From IMG/VR virus record IMGVR_UViG_3300010052_000171, positions 1 to 40,806 of that record: 40,806 bases of DNA, one strand, 5' to 3'. Shown one piece after another: positions 37,058 to 40,806 of the stretch (positions are counted from its first letter, which is position 1; every line of letters begins with the position of its first letter). The notes under the pieces were generated by a model that was not told where the DNA came from, did no database searches, and saw only the letters and a program-made list of their open reading frames with translations. Made by a program: the position numbers and the translations under genes. The DNA is from a virus (Duplodnaviria > Caudoviricetes).

Positions 37058-37080
37058 ATTTTGGTGATACCAAAAATTCA

Positions 37081-37119
37081 GCCCGGCGCAAGGCTGCAAC
37101 CTTGCGCCGGGCCTAACTC
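37081..37119 (+). ncRNA. Conserved leader hairpin, copy 2
   Basis: Perfect 13-bp stem GCCCGGCGCAAGG-CTGCAA-CCTTGCGCCGGGC followed by CTAACTC. Confidence 0.6.
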
Positions 37120-37138
37120 AAACCAGGGACAGAACCCC

Positions 37139-37333
37139 ATGGCGCAAGCTGCTCGCACCAATAGCACAAATCCGCCTGTCTATCGCACCTCACCTGCATG
37201 CGAGCGCGGCTGCATACAGTGCGAGGTCGCCTGTGCCGTTGCGACTGCGGTTGTAGTCAAGCTGCGCGACGAACTCGCAATGGCGGAAGTAGCTGCGTTC
37301 TTGCTGAACCCGGGGCCGCAACCATTGCACTGA
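37139..37333 (+). CDS. Small Cys4 protein, paralog C (64 aa)
   Basis: NSTNPPVYRTSPACERGCIQCEVACAV; same length and upstream spacing as paralog B. Confidence 0.8.
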   Translation: MAQAARTNSTNPPVYRTSPACERGCIQCEVACAVATAVVVKLRDELAMAEVAAFLLNPGPQPLH

Positions 37334-37487
37334 TCGCACGCCGCCTGACCAGCGAAGACCGGGTGGCGCAATCCGGGTGGCGGCCCGGTTCACCGACGAG
37401 GTTACGCTCGCCACGACAGATAGGCCAGTCCGGCCGTCCCGCACCCGGCGAACCGGGCGGGAATCCTAGAAGAGCGAGAATTCCAAC

Positions 37488-37535
37488 ATGTCCAGTACCA
37501 GCGTTCAGCCCGTGGCCCCCGCCGCGGGGTGCTAA
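37488..37535 (+). pseudogene. Possible 5' remnant of a phage DNA adenine methylase
   Basis: MSSTSVQPVAPAAG then a stop; recalls the N-terminus that precedes YIGGK in D12-class methylases found after P2-like portal genes. Confidence 0.35.
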
Positions 37536-37631
37536 CATCGATATACGATAGCAGGTAGGCGGCTTAAAGGAAACGCTTACGAGGCAGGTGTCGGAGGCTT
37601 TTGCAAAGCCAAAACACCGAGAGTTTTCACT

Positions 37632-38171
37632 CTAAATTTTGATTAGACTCCTGGTTATGGCTTTGAAGTGAAAATACTTTAACTTGTCCTCCGGCGATCC
37701 ATTAAATTGGATTGAGGCCTCAATTAACTTGCCGGACTTGTCGTAAATAAGTTTGTATTCTTCGACCAAATAAAGATTTGGAGATGCAGATGATCTGCAA
37801 GACTTTGTGTCGGTGCATTTAGCGACAACTAAATAATCTTTATCTCTTACGGTGACTCTGTGGCTGTATCCATTGAATAGAAACATAGGTGATCGGGCGA
37901 GTCCTTTTAAGGGTATTGCAAGTTTTATGATTCCAATGTCTGAGCATCGAAATTCTATGTTGTAACAATTTTTCACATCGCCGCTGAATTGTGGCATCAG
38001 GTAACCGCCGCTGCCGGAAACGGCCAGGCTTCCGATGCTATACCTTCCGCGATCCAGGGTCATGTATACATTTGATTTTTCATCGAAGTATGCAACGGAT
38101 TTTAATTTTATCTCATCCATGGAGTATAGTTGCTGAAATAGCAAAGCTACCAGGGGAGCGATGTTAATCAT
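37632..38171 (-). CDS. Putative Rhs immunity or partner protein
   Basis: AT-rich ORF 10 nt downstream of rhs, with a hydrophobic N-terminus. Confidence 0.7.
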   Translation of the reverse strand: MINIAPLVALLFQQLYSMDEIKLKSVAYFDEKSNVYMTLDRGRYSIGSLAVSGSGGYLMPQFSGDVKNCYNIEFRCSDIGIIKLAIPLKGLARSPMFLFNGYSHRVTVRDKDYLVVAKCTDTKSCRSSASPNLYLVEEYKLIYDKSGKLIEASIQFNGSPEDKLKYFHFKAITRSLIKI

Positions 38172-38181
38172 GCTACCATCC

Positions 38182-40806
38182 CTATCTGCAAATTCTGGTT
38201 CCTGTGCACTGCACTATCCTCCTTGCCATCTCGTTATATGGATCTTGATGTGCACGTTCCCCTGGTGGGACTGAAAGTCCTCCTAGTCCAAATTTGGATA
38301 TTTCTTCTGCGGATCTGTGAGGGGCTTCGTGAAGAAATTCTCGTTGCCGTCGTTCATTCTCAGCTCTTTGGTAGGCAGGGCTCAATCCCATATTTCCTAT
38401 CGACCCAGCGAATACGTTTATATTCCCCTCATCAGAATTCATGTACCCTCCCCCGATATTGGGGAAGAGATTCGTGGATTTAGTTTCGAGACCCCACAGA
38501 ATATCACTCTTTGTAAATGTAGCTGTTGTTGGGTCGTTGTCGCCAATCTTGACCGTGACAGAGTACTTCCAGCCGCTTGGGAGGGCGAGGGCGGATTCGT
38601 ACGCGGCTTGCAGAGATAGCCGTATTGGCTCGTAGAGTTCCAACTGTTGGGCGTTTAGCGGAACCAAGGTGTGGGACTGCGGATCCTGAATTTGATCAAT
38701 CGTACAAATTGGTACTCCTGTGGCGCTCGAGCATTTGCGGCCGCTATAATCACGATTATTCATCGGATCATTTCCGACATACGCGTAGAGGTTGATGTGA
38801 TCATCATACCCTATCGGATCGGTCTGGAGAAACCGTCCTAGCGTGGGCGAGTAGATCCGGGCTTTGTAATGGTACATGCCAAGCTCAGGGATCCAGGCTT
38901 GGCCGGTATATTGGAACCGTCCGGTATTGGACGTGCCTGAGCCACTAAACCCATTGGGGATACCGTATTCGTCATAACCATTTACCGCGATGCGATTACC
39001 GCCTCCATCGGAGATCGCGACGATCGACCCTTGATGGTCCGCGAACAGATAGCGCGGAGACGTGAGGCTTGAGCCAATGTACTCGACTAGCGGATCGTCC
39101 TGTCCCGCAGTCGGGCCGTGGATATAGCGCTTGGACATCGCGCCGGTCCCGTCATACTCGGCCACCAGCTCGTCACCATCGTACAGGAACTGTGTCGTGC
39201 TCGTTCCCTGCGTCACCTGTACCAGGCGCCCTAAGGGATCATAGCTCAACGTGGCGAGTGCGGGCCCGGCGCCGGCCGTCTCCAACCGGTTCTCAATGTC
39301 GTAGGTGTAGCCCTTCGTCCCGTCCGAGGTCAGATTGCCGTTCGCATCGTAGGTGAAGGAGGCGCTGCCAGCTGCGGTGTACTGGTTCAGCCCATTTCGC
39401 GCATAGCCGCGATCGACATTCGCATAGCCATTGAACCGATACTCGTCATTGTCCCGCGTACGCGAAACGATCTGACGAGCGGGATTATGGCTGAATGATG
39501 TCGTGACATTCGCGGTCGCGTTCTGGAACGTATGTTCGAGAGCCACCAACTGCGACATGCCGTTATAACCGTAGGAGGTTGCTGCCCCCCAGGCTCCCGC
39601 ACTCCACCGCAGCAGGGTCGCGACGTCACCTTCGGCATTATAGGTGGTATAGTTGAGGTTGGTGCCGCCCGACGTGTTGTTGAAGTAGAAGCGATCCAGC
39701 CCGTCCCATGCGGCATTGACGTGCTGGCTGTCGGGATAGGTGATCCGCGTGCGATTGCCGTTGGCGTCATGCTGATAGGTAAGCGTGCGACTGGTCCCGC
39801 TCATCGCCGTCGTGCTTGAAGTCGGCCGCCCGAACCCGTCCCAGCTGCTGAGCACCGCATCCGCGCCTGTCGCGGAGTCGAACCGGGCTGCCGTCTGCAG
39901 GCCGCGCAGATCATAGGCATAATGGACCGGCCGAGCCCCACCACCAGGGTAAGTCTTGCTCGCGACCCGGTTCAGCGCGTCATAGCTGTAGGCGATCGTC
40001 CGCCCGTCACGCTTGCGCAAGCTCGTGCGGTTGCCGTTGGCGTCGTACCCATATTGTTCATAGTCCGCCGCGTTCGCGGTTCCGGCTGTCGTGGATGACG
40101 GGAAGATCCACTGCCTCTGACGATCGAAGCCGTCATAGGTGAACTCGGCGCGGTTGCCGTTGGCGTCGATCACCGTCTTCCGCTTGCCGTTCGGCGTATA
40201 TTCGTAGCGGGCATAGTCGATCTGGACGTCGGTCCCGACCGCTTTCTGCACTTTCAGCAACTGCCCGGCCGCATCATAGAAGTTCCGCGTGATCCGGTCC
40301 GGGCCCGAGCTTCCCGCGGTACCCAGGCTACACGCACTCGCGGGGAGGGAGCCGAACACCGTAGGGTTCATCCGCACCGCGGTACATTCCAAGCGGCCGA
40401 CACTGTCGTAGCTATACTGGGTCACCCACCGGACTGTGCCGGCCGCGCCCTTTGCTATTTGCTCCAGGATCTTCCGCCCCATGAGATCGTAGACGATCTC
40501 CTTCCGCGTGAAGACGGTAAATCCAGACCAAACAGCGGGAGCGACGGCTTCGGACTGCCAGCTCGCCAGTACTCCCGTATCCACGCGAACGAGTCGGCCG
40601 CTTGCGTCGTAGATGTTGCGCACCGCAAGGTGCTCATTGCCGCCCGGACCGTCGGGGTCGGGGGCGATGGTGCCCGTCACCCGTCCTGACGCATCATATC
40701 GGATCGCGCTGGTGAAGGGCGAAGCGTAGGTTTGCGCGAACGTTGGCGCGCTATGCAGCGCCATGATCATGGCCATGGCGCCAGTGCAGATCCGGCTGCA
40801 AATCAT
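38182..40806 (-). CDS. rhs: Rhs/YD-repeat protein with a variable C-terminal domain
   Basis: YD repeats, RFQYTGQ...YKARIYSPTLGRFLQTDPIG...YAYVGNDPMNNRDYSG core, HEAPH in the C-terminal domain. Confidence 0.93.
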   Translation of the reverse strand: MICSRICTGAMAMIMALHSAPTFAQTYASPFTSAIRYDASGRVTGTIAPDPDGPGGNEHLAVRNIYDASGRLVRVDTGVLASWQSEAVAPAVWSGFTVFTRKEIVYDLMGRKILEQIAKGAAGTVRWVTQYSYDSVGRLECTAVRMNPTVFGSLPASACSLGTAGSSGPDRITRNFYDAAGQLLKVQKAVGTDVQIDYARYEYTPNGKRKTVIDANGNRAEFTYDGFDRQRQWIFPSSTTAGTANAADYEQYGYDANGNRTSLRKRDGRTIAYSYDALNRVASKTYPGGGARPVHYAYDLRGLQTAARFDSATGADAVLSSWDGFGRPTSSTTAMSGTSRTLTYQHDANGNRTRITYPDSQHVNAAWDGLDRFYFNNTSGGTNLNYTTYNAEGDVATLLRWSAGAWGAATSYGYNGMSQLVALEHTFQNATANVTTSFSHNPARQIVSRTRDNDEYRFNGYANVDRGYARNGLNQYTAAGSASFTYDANGNLTSDGTKGYTYDIENRLETAGAGPALATLSYDPLGRLVQVTQGTSTTQFLYDGDELVAEYDGTGAMSKRYIHGPTAGQDDPLVEYIGSSLTSPRYLFADHQGSIVAISDGGGNRIAVNGYDEYGIPNGFSGSGTSNTGRFQYTGQAWIPELGMYHYKARIYSPTLGRFLQTDPIGYDDHINLYAYVGNDPMNNRDYSGRKCSSATGVPICTIDQIQDPQSHTLVPLNAQQLELYEPIRLSLQAAYESALALPSGWKYSVTVKIGDNDPTTATFTKSDILWGLETKSTNLFPNIGGGYMNSDEGNINVFAGSIGNMGLSPAYQRAENERRQREFLHEAPHRSAEEISKFGLGGLSVPPGERAHQDPYNEMARRIVQCTGTRICR

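Larger units (their letters stand above)
1..37535. mobile_element. P2-like prophage, possibly defective at the right end
   Basis: Integrase next to a tRNA, an immunity switch, Ogr, and P2-type head, tail and lysis genes; right boundary inferred from the shift to AT-rich Rhs-associated DNA. Confidence 0.9.

Overview
Positions 1 to about 37.5 kb hold a P2-like (Peduovirus-type) contractile-tail prophage from a high-GC alphaproteobacterium, probably a sphingomonad. It sits at the 3' end of a tRNA-Met(CAT). A host Rhs toxin gene and its partner follow at 37.6-40.8 kb. The prophage has a nearly complete P2 morphogenesis and lysis set, an Ogr-type late activator with four matching TGTAGAGA-N5-TCTACA sites, and the P2 gpE -1 frameshift. 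It differs from P2 in three ways: it uses a large serine integrase whose C-terminus is read from the antisense strand of the tRNA, it replicates with a Toprim primase-helicase, and its CI repressor has no autopeptidase domain. The most notable observation is a family of three paralogous small proteins sharing a PV[YF]RxxPxCExxCxxCxxxCAV motif, each paired with a different repressor. One lies antisense to cI behind a perfect alphaproteobacterial LexA box. The other two sit in duplicated cassettes made of an RHH gene, an operator, a covarying 32-nt hairpin and the Cys4 ORF. Cargo genes include an aerolysin/ETX-MTX2-like pore-former, an RHH-HEPN (MtlR-like) pair, a ZitP-like zinc-ribbon membrane protein and a GapR homolog. 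The right end looks eroded: no cos site or long attR is evident, there is a 15-codon possible dam remnant, and the terminase stop codon appears lost. All family assignments come from reading motifs by eye; no searches were run.
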